NCBI RefSeq assembly: GCF_001194135.2 | Contig: NC_068985.1 | Coordinates: 123,942,895 to 124,006,894 of the forward strand | Direction of reading: 5' to 3' | DNA length: 64,000 nt | From: Octopus bimaculoides | Taxonomy: Eukaryota | Shown here: piece after piece, positions 24,677-37,519 of the stretch | How positions within the stretch are numbered: position 1 is the first letter of the stretch | Layout of the letters: every line of letters begins with the position of its first letter | The notes under the pieces: model-generated | Databases searched by the model: none | Told to the model about the DNA's origin: nothing | The model's input: only the letters and a program-made list of their open reading frames with translations | Translations under genes and position numbers: made by a program

Positions 24677-24677
<1 letters not shown>
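22856..24677 (-). mobile_element. R4/Dong-like LINE fragment 3 (RT from YMDD through RLE, plus about 420-bp 3' UTR)
   Basis: HLFYMDDLKLFARND...IGMYFGIDKCA; RHDWIGQYLHLKICKHYKI...WYEHHPESVV...ILWDFPV; frameshifted; (TAA)n on both sides. Confidence 0.9.
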
Positions 24678-24735
<58 letters not shown>

Positions 24736-24868
24736 CATCATCATACACAGTACTATTCATAGTGCAACTTTGAATGATTGAAACAATGCTGTGTTTCTAA
24801 TTTAGCGTTACGTTCCATTATTTGGAATAGTTCAGAAGAGTTAATCGGTTTTGGATCAGCAGATTTTA

Positions 24869-24931
<63 letters not shown>

Positions 24932-25441
24932 CATCATCATCATCATCATCATCATCATTATTATTATCATTATTTTGGCTTTACCTTGAAGCATTTATCT
25001 ATCTAATCTCGTTATTTGAAAAAATACGCTTTATTCTGTATGTTGAGCTTTTTTAATTCTTTTTTCTTTTTATTATCATATTTTCACTCCTGTTCTAAAT
25101 GCATAGTATAGCGTCGATCTAAATCTGTTGATGTCTGTCTAATGTAGCTATAAATATTATTGGTGGCCCAGAGACCTAAAATGTTTTTCATAAATGTCTG
25201 TCAGAATTATTTTATCTATCACGAAATCATTCAATTTTAGAGTTCTGTGTTATTTTACGTAAAATCCTTTCACCGTACTTTTAGAGAAAATGCAATTGAT
25301 TTTTCAGCTTGAAATGGAGATTTTATAGGTTATATGCATGCTAATATGGTATATATATAAAATCTATATTACAACAAACACATTTATACACACATATACA
25401 CACACACACTCACGCTCTCTTTCGCTTTCTCTCTCTCTCTC

Positions 25442-25527
<86 letters not shown>

Positions 25528-25824
25528 GCACACACATGTGCCCGCACTCACATACGCGTGTAGGTCTAATAGATGGAGTTTTGGCCTGGCAATACTGTTG
25601 TATGTTTTCATGATTATGAAATTACGTGACAGGGTAGCATACGTTTGTAATTTGAGCACAAAAGTTATTTATATGCATTATATAATTACTTCTACTTGCA
25701 AGATAAATTTATGATCGAAGAGAAGAGAACTCAATATTTTAGGTACACTTACTGGGCTATTTTACCTCACATTACATCGTGTCCCACTGTGAGTCAATCT
25801 CCAGGCAATCAGCCATGAATGAAG

Positions 25825-25827
<3 letters not shown>

Positions 25828-25895
<68 letters not shown>

Positions 25896-25960
25896 ACTAA
25901 CTAACTAACTAACTAACTATCTATCTACCTATCTACCTACCTATCTATCTATCTTTTTGT
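25828..25960. repeat. (ATCT)n/(AACT)n tetranucleotide microsatellite
   Basis: Directly visible. Confidence 0.95.
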
Positions 25961-26589
25961 CTATCTGTCTGTCTGTCGATTTATTTCTCTCTGTGTATAT
26001 ATGTGTGGGGGTTGTGAGAGAGAGAGAGAGAGAGAGAGAGTGAGAGAAGGAGGAAAGGGGGAGAGGGAGAGAGTTTGAGTATTCAAATATGACGATAAAA
26101 GGGCTCACTCTGTCGCTACACAAAAAGAGTCTTCAACACACTAATATATGAAAGATGTATGTGTGGAAAGGCATCCGTCGTGTATTTTCATATAGACACA
26201 CGCAGACGTATGCACAGTCACACACACAATAACAGTGGGTAAGTTTTATTTGACAAAGGTGAAAGGATAAAAAGAACTCAATGCATGTTAACTGTAAATT
26301 AAGAATTTTTGTGTATGATAACACAGTTGATCCATCAGCGATGACACTGACCTGGGGTTAAGCAACAATAAACAGTAGCAGAAGCAGTAACAGCAACAAA
26401 AGGAATTCATTTGGATATAAAATTATCTGAACGATACAATTACATCGTGAAAGGATTTTTACACCAATTAAAAACAAACACACAACATGCGGTTATATGA
26501 ACTTTTATTGTTGCTACAGTTGTTCCTCTCGAAATACACCAAATAACCGAAAGCAAAAAACAGTCAAGATCCCTCACAAAACTACTCAC

Positions 26590-26700
26590 CAGCGCTGAGC
26601 TACGCTTCACAAACGCCAAACCAACAGTCAAAAAAATGTGCTCGCTCTAATCGCGGGATTTGCACCAACCTCATTGAAGACAAAGAATATGAATTTAAAC
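26590..26700 (-). other. Candidate non-coding (5' UTR or lncRNA) exon, 111 nt, containing a 24-aa uORF
   Basis: Acceptor ttttattgtaaacatctatccAG and donor CTG|gtgagt. All three frames are closed; ATG-started MRLVQIPRLERAHFFDCWFGVCEA*. Confidence 0.5.
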
Positions 26701-27046
26701 CTGGATAGATGTTTACAATAAAAATAAATATTTTATCTGTTAGTCAAAAATTTTAATATATGCTATTAACTGTAAAGGATGTAACAAGGATTACATAGAT
26801 CAAACAAGACGATCTCTTATAAATAGATTAACTGTTCATCGTGAACAAATACAAGAACCCAATATTAGTCAGATGCCATTCAGTGGACATAAACATATAT
26901 GAAAAAAATATGTGTCCTAAATTCCCAGTCTTTTCACTTTAGTTTTGTTCAGTCAATACCGCTGATTAAGCACAGATGAAAATAGAAAATATATTCATGT
27001 AAAATTACAAGCCAAGACTGAATAAACTTTAACAAAGTACACTCAC

Positions 27047-27260
27047 CAACAACTAGTCACACACAAACTCATAGTGTCACTCGACACGTTGAATCTTTAA
27101 AGCTAGCAGCCTACATTTTTGATCACAATCACGATTTGCCCGTGTGACACTAACGCAGAAATTTAGCGGAGAAAATTTTGTGCCCACGCACATGGATGCA
27201 TAAAACCCTTCAGCTACTGGGTTACATAGAAACAACTACAATTCACTCTACCACTTCATT
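27047..27260 (-). other. Candidate first exon of a minus-strand transcript (5' boundary unknown)
   Basis: Donor TTG|gtgagt at 27047/27046; lies between the motif cluster and exon 26590-26700. Confidence 0.35.
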
Positions 27261-27625
27261 GTTTAAGGGACTGTCACTGGGCACATTCCCTCAACTGTTT
27301 TAGCCTTAGTGTTTGACGCAAAAAATATTGTCACAAGATATTAGCGCACGGACCTAGCGGGGAACTTACAAATCTTTCAAATTTAATCACGTGATCATAT
27401 TCTACCACACGTGACAGATTAAATTCAGAGAGCCTTGACTGGGACTGTCACTTTAACTTATTATCAATTACTGTTAAAGAACGAGCGTAGAGGGGAACTT
27501 CCAAAAATTTCTAAACTTAATAATTTGATCATCTTTAGCCAATCAAATCGTATCCAAAACAGATTACTAATTTGGGTCATATTCTCGCTATAAAAACAAA
27601 GAGTTTTTGAACTCCAGTCAGAAGT
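27260..27625 (+). promoter_or_regulatory. Promoter-like motif cluster (kB-like sites, E-boxes, CCAAT, TATA, Inr); possibly bidirectional
   Basis: GGGACTGTCACT x2 (27267, 27441); GGGCACATTCCC 27279; GGGGAACTTAC 27359; TCACGTGA 27387; CACGTG 27408; GGGGAACTTCC 27492; AGCCAATCA 27537; TATAAAAA 27589; TCA(+1) at 27620, 31 nt after TATA. Confidence 0.5.
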
Positions 27626-27989
27626 AAAACAGTTGCGGCATAGTTCCATGTCTTTCTATCTCAACTTTTGAAAATCAAAGAAATCTATGAAGCAGGTTGT
27701 CTTTAAAAATCTAAATATCAAAAAAATCTAAGCGAATTGCAGTGCATTTTCAGCTTCTCTTTTCTATATTTCTACCCGTGTGGAATAAAATAACTTTGTT
27801 TTATACATACGTACATAAACTCACGCACACGCACACATACACACACTTACATTCATATANNNNNNNNNNNNNNNNNNNNNNNNNNNNNNNNNNNNNNNNN
27901 NNNNNNNNNNNNNNNNNNNNNNNNNNNNNNNNNNNNNNNNNNNNNNNNNNNNNNNNNNNNNNNNNNNNNNNNNNNNNNNNNNNNNNNNN

Positions 27990-28022
<33 letters not shown>

Positions 28023-29924
28023 TTATATATATATATATATATGCCTATACACTCCTGTACACATGTATGGCAGGTGTGTGTTCTCGCGTGCGATTGTGCG
28101 TATATGTGCATGTGTATACACACATACATATATATATAATACATATATACATGCATGCATATGTATATGTGTGTGGGTGTGAGTGTGATACTGTTTATGT
28201 TTACCATATATTACTGTAAAAATGTATTTAACATATAACTTGGTCTTCGTCCGCACAACATATGATTATGCATGTCGCATAAACGTTTGAAATAATTGTT
28301 TCAATAGCTAACATTTGTGACATGCGCAAAAAGAAATATGTAAGTATATATACTTATATATATATATTCGTTATTTCAATAACAAAAAAAAAAACTCTGA
28401 ATTTACTTACAATTTAAGGGGTGGACTTTTCTCTATGGCCTTGAGCTGTTTATCCTTTGTATTTCCACGTTGTTTTCCAGCAGCCGATCTACAAAGAATA
28501 TATATATATATACATATAATAAGTGCGTTAAATAAACCTAAAAATTACAATGCTTAAAATATTATCGAAAATATAAGGTATAAATTATATAAAAGAAACT
28601 AACAATCAAAAAGCAATGCTTGGTATTATATTTTAGTAAAAATGTCGATGATAGAAACATAGTGAATATATACTTTAGAATTTGTAGTTTTACGTTTATA
28701 TTTTTTGGTGGCTTTTTATCTTAGGCAATGCCTCATTTTGATACAAAGGTTATATTATAGATTTCGACGTTTAATCAATATATTACATGTATGTATGTAT
28801 GTATGTATTTATGTATATAAATAAATAAATATATATATATATATATATAATACATACATACATATATATATATATANNNNNNNNNNNNNNNNNNNNNNNN
28901 NNNNNNNNNNNNNNNNNNNNNNNNNNNNNNNNNNNNNNNNNNNNNNNNNNNNNNNNNNNNNNNNNNNNNNNNNNNNNNNNNNNNNNNNNNNNNNNNNNNN
29001 NNNNNNNNNNNNNNNNNNNNNNNNNNNNNNNNNNNNNNNNNNNNNNNNNNNNNNNNNNNNNNNNNNNNNNNNNNNNNNNNNNNNNNNNNNNNNNNNNNNN
29101 NNNNNNNNNNNNNNNNNNNNNNNNNNNNNNNNNNNNNNNNNNNNNNNNNNNNNNNNNNNNNNNNNNNNNNNNNNNNNNNNNNNNNNNNNNNNNNNNNNNN
29201 NNNNNNNNNNNNNNNNNNNNNNNNNNNNNNNNNNNNNNNNNNNNNNNNNNNNNNNNNNNNNNNNNNNNNNNNNNNNNNNNNNNNNNNNNNNNNNNNNNNN
29301 NNNNNNNNNNNNNNNNNNNNNNNNNNNNNNNNNNNNNNNNNNNNNNNNNNNNNNNNNNNNNNNNNNNNNNNNNATATATATATATATACATATAGATCTC
29401 ATGCACATACAACCTACATACGTATAAATTTACACACACACATATACCCATATACAATCAAAACTCTAGACGACAGCCGTCATAAATTATGTTTGTGTGT
29501 ATGTATATGTTTGTGTGTATATGTGTGTGTGCGTGTATGTGTGTGTGCGTGTATGTGTGTGTGTATGTGTGTGGTTGTTTTGTATGTGTGTGGTTGTTTT
29601 GTATGTGTGTGTGTGTGTGGTTGTGTCTGTGTTATTTTATATAAGCACATTTATAAACTCACAAGCTACACATCACAAACAGGTATAGAGCACGAAAACA
29701 TATCCACATACACAGAGTCTAGACAACACCGTTGCATGCACACACAAAACAGCCATATTTATAAAACATATACTTAGTTTTGTTTCTTACAGATAAGAAA
29801 TTCGATGACATTTTGATGGGGAAGATGTAGACAGAAAATGTGATTGTATAGGGAGAAGGCGAGAGCTTTCTTAAAAGGTTTTTATAGGAAAAGCTAGAAA
29901 ACTACAACAGCTGTTTTAATATGT

Positions 29925-29978
29925 TAACGTTGTTGTGGTTGATGTTGTTGCAGGTGTTGTTGTTGTTGTTGTTGTTTC

Positions 29979-30036
<58 letters not shown>

Positions 30037-30195
30037 CTTGATGTTGGTATCGTTACCGCTGCTAGCTTTGTTACTACTACATGTGTTTTTGTTACTGCTG
30101 CTGCTGCTGTTGCTGCTGTTGTCCTTGTTGTTGTTGCTGTTGTTGTTATTGATGTTATTGTTGTTGTTGTTGTCGTTGCTGTTGTTACTGTTGTT
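29925..30195. repeat. Degenerate (GTT)n low-complexity tract
   Basis: Directly visible; source of the poly-V/L/T ORFs. Confidence 0.9.
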
Positions 30196-30678
30196 TCAAA
30201 CAGATTTATGTAATGGAGATACATAGAATATTGAAGTGTGACAACCTTGATATATTATAGCAGTAATTTTTTATTTNNNNNNNNNNNNNNNNNNNNNNNN
30301 NNNNNNNNNNNNNNNNNNNNNNNNNNNNNNNNNNNNNNNNNNNNNNNNNNNNNNNNNNNNNNNNNNNNNNNNNNNNNNNNNNNNNNNNNNNNNNNNNNNN
30401 NNNNNNNNNNNNNNNNNNNNNNNNNNNNNNNNNNNNNNNNNNNNNNNNNNNNNNNNNNNNNNNNNNNNNNNNNNNNNNNNNNNNNNNNNNNNNNNNNNNN
30501 NNNNNNNNNNNNNNNNNNNNNNNNNNNNNNNNNNNNNNNNNNNNNNNNNNNNNNNNNNNNNNNNNNNNNNNNNNNNNNNNNNNNNNNNNNNNNNNNNNNN
30601 NNNNNNNNNNNNNNNNNNNNNNNNNNNNNNNNNNNNNNNNNNNNNNNNNNNNNNNNNNNNNNNNNNNNNNNNNNNNNN

Positions 30679-30719
<41 letters not shown>

Positions 30720-30759
30720 GTATGTATATATATATAGGGTAAATTGTATGTAATGGAAT

Positions 30760-30898
30760 AAGGCAGTAGAATCGTTAGCACGCTGGGCAAAATGCTTACA
30801 TTCTGAGTTCAAATTTCGCCCAGGTTGACTTTACCCTTTATCATTTCGGGGTCGATAAAGCAAGTACTTGTTGAGCACTGGCCAAAATTTGAAACCAA
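30760..30898 (+). mobile_element. SINE family B, internally deleted, tail type 1a
   Basis: aaggcagtagaatcgttagcacg...gagttcaaatttcgcc...ggggtcgataaagcaagtac...aaaatttgaaacca. Confidence 0.75.
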
Positions 30899-31014
30899 TC
30901 TGCATATGATGGATTGTAGTGTATTCAAGATAATTCATGTTATGCAATGAAGTGTAGTGTACCAGGCGTAATTGCTTTGTAATGTATGTTGTACATTGTG
31001 ATCAAGGTTAATTT

Positions 31015-31684
31015 TTTTCTACTATCGGCACAAGGCCTGAAATTTTGGAGGGAGGGACTGGTGAATTGCATCGACACTAGTTCTTGACTGGTACATAATT
31101 TATTGACCCCGAAACGGTGAAAGCAAAGTGGACCTCAGCAGAATTTGAACTCTGTAGGCAAAGCCAGAAGAAATGCTGCTAGCTCGCCGCCTTTTGGTCT
31201 GAGTAATTTAAAGTATGAATGTCTGTTTAAGAAGTCGCTTTGGAATTATATGGTAGCACGTTGGATCCTACAACTTGGCATTTAAGGGAAATGTTTCTCT
31301 ACCATAGCTTTGGGGTTGCCCAAAAGCTTTAGATCGCAGAACTTGTGCAGGATCTTTTCGAGTGGATAATAGGAAAAATTCAGGTGACCGGAGTTCTCTC
31401 ACATTACATGGTCACATTTATTTTTGCCTAAGGAACACTCAGTCACATATACTATAATATAAGCTAAAAACTTTCACTACGATGCTCAAGAATAAAACCT
31501 ACATGTGGGAAATAAACATAATTTATTGACCCCCGAAACGGTGAAAGCAAAGTGGACCTCAGTAGAATTTGAACTCTGTAGGCAAAGACGGAAGAAATGC
31601 TGCTAAGCATTTTCTCCGATATGCTAATGATGTTGCCAGTTCGCCGCCTTTTGGTCTATGTAATTTAAAGTATAAATGTCTGTT
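31015..31684 (-). mobile_element. Two SINE family B copies created by local duplication (31015-31190 and 31516-31650)
   Basis: 31093-31227 matches 31516-31684, including shared non-SINE flank ttggtct..gtaatttaaagtat.aatgtctgtt. Confidence 0.8.
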
Positions 31685-32208
31685 GTATCCAAGTGTGAAT
31701 GTCTGTTGTGTCCAATGTGTCCTACCCATTGTATGACGATAGAGTATTATCTAATTGGGTTTTTACCAGATATTTCTAGCAGGTCGAGCAACCACATAGA
31801 AGTTGATGAATTGTTTGCTGGCAGTTGTTGGAGCTGTTCTTGTTGCAGTTACTGTTGTTATTTTTGTTGTTTCTGTTCCTCCTTCTCCTGCAACTGTATA
31901 TTACAATATTATCAATCAATTGTTGATTCCAATCCAAACAAGCCACTAACGTGATCAAACGTTTGCAACATAAAGTTGCAGTCTATAAAATTATTGATCG
32001 TCTCCATAACAAAGCTAACATCTCTGGTTCTAAAGTCTGGCAAATCACGCCATGAGTAGCTCTAAGATTTCTAGACACCTTTAGCCTTCAATCTTCTCAT
32101 ATCTTTGTTATTTTGTTTCTGCTTGTCTTTGCATTTTTGTTCTTCCCCACTGTCTTTTCAGGTAGAGCTATACTAGCACATAAAAGCGTGTACACACAGA
32201 CAGACACA

Positions 32209-32262
<54 letters not shown>

Positions 32263-33045
32263 NNNNNNNNNNACACACAAACAAACACACATACACACAT
32301 ACACACACACGCATAGAGGATTACAAACACAGGCATACACATGGAAACTAGTACCAGCACACACATATACAAACGCAAGCAATCATTCTACTACATAAAC
32401 ACAACCAATAGATATACTCCCACACACATTCGTACATGCATAGTTACTCACACTGAAAAGCAATAATAATACTCTTGTACATCTTTGGATCTCGAAGTTA
32501 ACATCGAAGTGAATATAGCTCTGGATGTATGTTGTGTATGTATATATACGCGTACATACATATATATATATATATACATATATGTATATGTATGTATGTA
32601 TGTATGTATATACATATATATATATATATACATATATGTATATGTATGTANNNNNNNNNNNNNNNNNNNNNNNNNNNNNNNNNNNNNNNNNNNNNNNNNN
32701 NNNNNNNNNNNNNNNNNNNNNNNNNNNNNNNNNNNNNNNNNNNNNNNNNNNNNNNNNNNNNNNNNNNNNNNNNNNNNNNNNNNNNNNNNNNNNNNNNNNN
32801 NNNNNNNNNNNNNNNNNNNNNNNNNNNNNNNNNNNNNNNNNNNNNNNNNNNNNNNNNNNNNNNNNNNNNNNNNNNNNNNNNNNNNNNNNNNNNNNNNNNN
32901 NNNNNNNNNNNNNNNNNNNNNNNNNNNNNNNNNNNNNNNNNNNNNNNNNNNNNNNNNNNNNNNNNNNNNNNNNNNNNNNNNNNNNNNNNNNNNNNNNNNN
33001 NNNNNNNNNNNNNNNNNNNNNNNNNNNNNNNNNNNNNNNNNNNNN

Positions 33046-33081
<36 letters not shown>

Positions 33082-33084
<3 letters not shown>

Positions 33085-33225
33085 AAGTTTCTTTCAGTTT
33101 CCGTTTACCAAATCCACTCACAAGGCTTTGGTCGGCACGAGGGTACAATAGAAGACACTTGCCCAAGGTGCCACGCAGTGGGACTGAATCAAGAACCTTG
33201 TGGTTGAGAAGCAAGCTTCTTACCA
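33082..33225 (-). mobile_element. SINE family A, left half, abutting (TA)n and a gap
   Basis: tttctttcagtttccgtttaccaaatccactcacaagg...gacacttgcccaaggtgccacgcagtgggactgaa. Confidence 0.85.
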
Positions 33226-33711
33226 AACACACACACATACATACACACGCACGCACACACACATACACACACACGAACACACACAAACACACAACATATA
33301 AAAACACATGCTAAGATATACACACATGTGTGAGTGTGTGCGTGTGTGTGTGCGTGTGTGTGTGCGTGTGTGTGTGCGTGTGTGTGTGTGCGTGTGTGTG
33401 TGTAGGCACACACACACACATTCAAAGCTATATTCCATTCCCTGGTAATTCTGAGTTTGTGGGTGTTTCTGTCTTGGAGTTACTTCATGTTGAAATTAGT
33501 TCCCCATCACTATACGACACGAATTATATTTTTTAGAATCAAAAATATATTAAGTAGTTTCGAATGATAAATGTATGCACAATTATTTACATATTTTAGT
33601 AATTTTTTTTTTTTCATTGGATTGTCCTTCCTAATTTCCAATGTTTTCTAATCGAAATCATTAATGATAATAGAGTGAGTTTCTCATACTTATGTTATGT
33701 TGTGTCCACAG

Positions 33712-33785
33712 ATAGCAAGAAAATTTCTATCTCCGTACCTTATCGAAATGTCAAAGAGATAGAATTATACAAACAGCTGACATTT
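33712..33785 (+). CDS. Candidate internal exon (DSKKISISVPYRNVKEIELYKQLTF)
   Basis: Acceptor gttgtgtccacAG, moderate donor TTT|gtaaat; protein-like frame, no homology recognised. Confidence 0.25.
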
Positions 33786-34309
33786 GTAAATACCTGGTTC
33801 ACTGATTAACTAACGACTGTGTGTTTTGAACGCACAGTCGTCGTAAGAAGTTGTTCCGTGATGTATACCTGAGCGACTGGTATATTTTTATTTGAGGTTG
33901 GATCTAAAAAAATATATATTAAGAATAGATATGATCATTATCGTCTCAGATCTCACATTATACGCTAGAAATAACGATTTATTATCGGTTGGTAGATGTA
34001 GGCTCTGATCAGCAAACAGTTTTGTTCGCTGAAATTAAAAACAAATCTAGTGGGTTTTTTAAGACTCAAACGTTCGGGTATCTCTGGGTGACGAAACACA
34101 TGTCGAAGCACCGGTGTCCCAGAATCCCTTGCACCAATGAACTGAGTGTGTTATGTACACACACAGTTGTCGTAAAAGGCAGAAGCGTTCTCCTGTGGCG
34201 CACAGAAACGCGACTAGTGTATTTGCGCCTGAATCTGCCGGAGTGTGCTAAGAATAAATATGCAAATAATCGGTATAAGTATTTTGTTAGTTGAAAATAA
34301 AAAATACAC

Positions 34310-34702
34310 GCGTGACTATGTGATAAGAAGTTTGCTTTCCAACTACATGGTTTCAGGTTCAGTTCTACACCGAGGCACCTTGGGCAAGTTTCTTCTACTA
34401 TGACCACAGGCCAACCAAAGCTTTGTGAGTGGATTTGCTAGAATTGTTTGCGTGTGCGTGTGTGCGCACCTGTATCTGTCTGTATTTGTGCATATATTTG
34501 CACCCCCCCCCCCCAACATTGGTGTTGATGTGTTTATATCCCCGTAACTTAGCGATTCGGAAAAGAAACCGATAGAATAAGTACCAGGCTTTACAAAACT
34601 GATAATAATAATAAACACTGGGGTCGATTCATTTGACCAAAATTCTTCAAGGCGGTGCCGCAGCATGGCTGCAATGTAATGTCTGAAACAAGTGATAAAA
34701 GA
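34310..34702 (+). mobile_element. SINE family A, near full length
   Basis: Co-linear with 7919-8338; ggcaccttgggcaag core and ggcggtgccgcagcatgg tail. Confidence 0.85.
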
Positions 34703-34723
34703 TATGAAGTTTTCAAGTTGTTC

Positions 34724-34917
34724 ATTTTCGTCTGCCGTTACGCTCTGAGTTCAAATTCCGCCGAGGTCGACTTTGCCTTTCATCCTTTCAGGGTCGATAA
34801 ATTAAGTACCAGTTGAACACTTGGGTCGATGTAATCGACTTAATCCCTTTGTCTGTCCTTGTTTGTCCCCTCTATATTTAGCCCCGTGTGGGCAATAAAG
34901 ACATAAGAAATAAGAAA
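34724..34917 (+). mobile_element. SINE family B, 5'-truncated, tail type 2 (Tx1-like LINE tail)
   Basis: gagttcaaattccgccgaggtcgactttgcctttcatcc core; tail ccctctatatttagccccgtgtgggcaataaaga matches the LINE end at 58497-58530. Confidence 0.9.
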
Positions 34918-34934
34918 CAGGTGAACACTTCGAT

Positions 34935-35230
34935 ACACAGTTTCAGGCTGGATGTTCAATTGTATTGAGATCTCTTCCCATTGGATCCAGCTGTAGCTCT
35001 GACTGCGTGTTGTGCATGATGCTTCTTTTTATGTAACATAAATTCATCAGTCAAATGTTGACACCATCAAGTAAATAGTTTGTTTGACTAAAAAGGAATC
35101 CATTCCCCAAACGACTGCCAATCTCCTGTACAACGCCATGCTGACGATACCGCGTTTCCTTTTATAGGCCAAGTGATAAAGTAGCTTTCTAATGTTCATC
35201 TCAATTGAATTGTAGTCTTTGGTTCTTCAT
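34935..35230 (-). mobile_element. Highly decayed Tc1-like transposase C-terminal remnant
   Basis: Minus frames give DLNTIEH (SPDLNPIE-like) and EFMLHKKKHHAQHAV (at the position of the QDNARPH motif). Confidence 0.4.
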
Positions 35231-35502
35231 CATTCATATATACTGAAATTGTTTGTTATAATTAATTATAAAAGAATACAAAAATAAACAAAAGAATAGC
35301 ATCCGAGTTATAAATGACGAAAGAGAACACACAATCGTATATACATGTGCATATACGTACATACATACAGAATATAAATATGCAAAGAAAATGTATGCAT
35401 ATATATACATATACATTCCATGCGAACATCAAGGGATTTTGCAAGTCCGTGACAATTTGACAACCGATATAACAAACGATCTTATAAAGTTCGACAGAAA
35501 AC

Positions 35503-35550
<48 letters not shown>

Positions 35551-36494
35551 GGTGGTGGTGGTGGTGGTGGTGGTGATTAAGATATTGGGGAGGAAGACAA
35601 GGAGATTGATAATTATATTATTATTATTGTTGTTGCTCTTGTTATTATTAATATTATTATATTACTAAACAGCTTTGATGCTGTAACCGGTTTAATTATG
35701 TTCCCTATTGGATCGAAAGCCGTGATCTAGGAAAAGAAGTATTCTTGCCCCTCCTATTAAAGTTTTCCGTCTTTATGCTGTTAATATTTGTTATTACTTT
35801 GTATCGTCAACTTCCCTTATAATACTTGCGGAACCAGGAAAAAAAAATTTTTTTTTAACCTTGTACCTTCTACTTCCAAAGTTTACTCTCAAATTATTCG
35901 TTACAGATACAAAAATCAGGATGATAATTGGCAGAATCGTAACCTTGATACCCCTTCATTTCATTATTTGATTATTTTATACAAATTGGTAAATACTCGT
36001 ATTTTTGTGCGCGCTTTTGTGTTTTTCTGTTTCGCTTTCACTTTCTTTCTGCTGCCTTTCAATTCTGGTAACAAATATGCGCCACATCGATTACAAGACA
36101 TAACGTCTTCTTCTCAGAGGCTACAATTTCCGGCATATTGTGCTCCATTCTCGTTTCGGTTTGTATAGAAACTTGCCAGAACAAATTCGTTTTCAAAGAC
36201 TTTCATTTCTTTTCTCACATAATGGACTTCGTTTTTTTTTTTCCGTGCATTGAAAAACAAACCGCCAGAAAAATTTCCAATTTCATCACATCTGCAACCA
36301 TTTCGAGCTAACGACGAGTATTCTGATAGAATGTGGAGGGGGTAAAGTTTCATTTGTCTTTACCATCGTGAACAGTCCTCTTTATCTATCATTTCCTGGA
36401 TCCAATTTATATTGAGGGGTTTATCCATGCCTTAAGTTGCTAATATCATTTCCTGGGTCTTTTTCTTCAAATTTCACTTTGGTTCAACAGATTA

Positions 36495-36805
36495 TTATCA
36501 TCGTCATCGTCGTCATCATCATCATTATCATCATCATCATCATTACCGTCATCATCATCATTACCGTCATCATCATCATTACCGTCATCATAATAATCAT
36601 CATTTTAACACCATCGTAATCATTGTTGTTATTATCAACATCACTAACACCATCATCACAAGCATCAACATAAGCATCATAAGCATTCATCGCTGTCATC
36701 ATCATCATAAACATCACCCCCCACCCCCACCACCACCATCATCATCATCATCATCATCATCATCGTCATCATCATCATCATCATCAACATCAACAACAAC
36801 AACCG
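36495..36805. repeat. Degenerate (CAT)n/(CAC)n/(CAA)n tract
   Basis: Directly visible. Confidence 0.9.
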
Positions 36806-37154
36806 TAATGTAGCAAATAAATTAAAACGCTTTTCAATTAGATTTCTTGATAAGAAATTCAATTATAAATTCATAAAATGAAATGAGGTCTTCAATTAGA
36901 AACATCACTCTCATACTCCCTATACCGCTTACGTTCCTAATAATCAGTTAGATGGTAGAAGAGAGTAGAAATGCTAGGCTAGAGGGAGACGAAGTTTGAA
37001 CTACAGAAAATTTCTTAAATGTGTGGCGAAATATTTAGGAAATTAGATTCATAATTTATTACATTTCGTTTATATAACTGGAGGAAATGCATTAAACAGT
37101 ATAGAGAGCTAGAATAACCCGGCTTGCCCAAAAGGCAGGGCAGTTTCGATACTT

Positions 37155-37200
<46 letters not shown>

Positions 37201-37266
37201 GCAGTATGTGTGTGTGTGTGCGTGTGTGTGCGTGGGTGACAGTATGTGTGAGTGTAGTATGTATCG

Positions 37267-37367
<101 letters not shown>

Positions 37368-37519
37368 TTCTACCTTCCTACATATCTATTTTTATACGTA
37401 CGTACACGCACGCATATTATACATTTGAGTGTGCCTGTGTGTATGTGCGTAGATAAATAGGTAGATAAGAGAGAGACAGAGACAGACAGACAGACAGCAC
37501 ATAAATATACAAACGTAAA

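Noticed and set aside
29916-30226. Thr-rich mucin-like ORF on minus and Val/Leu-rich ORFs on plus
   Set aside because: Degenerate (GTT)n open in several frames, with no convincing splice context.
31331-31384. Possible exon IAELVQDLFEWIIGKIQ
   Set aside because: Acceptor is weak and lies in a degraded SINE-A remnant.
34066-34260. HSGRFRRKY resembling GPCR helix 8, with an upstream acceptor and downstream AATAAA
   Set aside because: Several of the six frames are open because of locally higher GC, the ORF start lies in a SINE, and no upstream transmembrane exons were found.
35788-36353. 126-aa plus and 79-aa minus ORFs in unique DNA
   Set aside because: No motif, homopolymer runs inside, and no consistent splice pair; compatible with chance.
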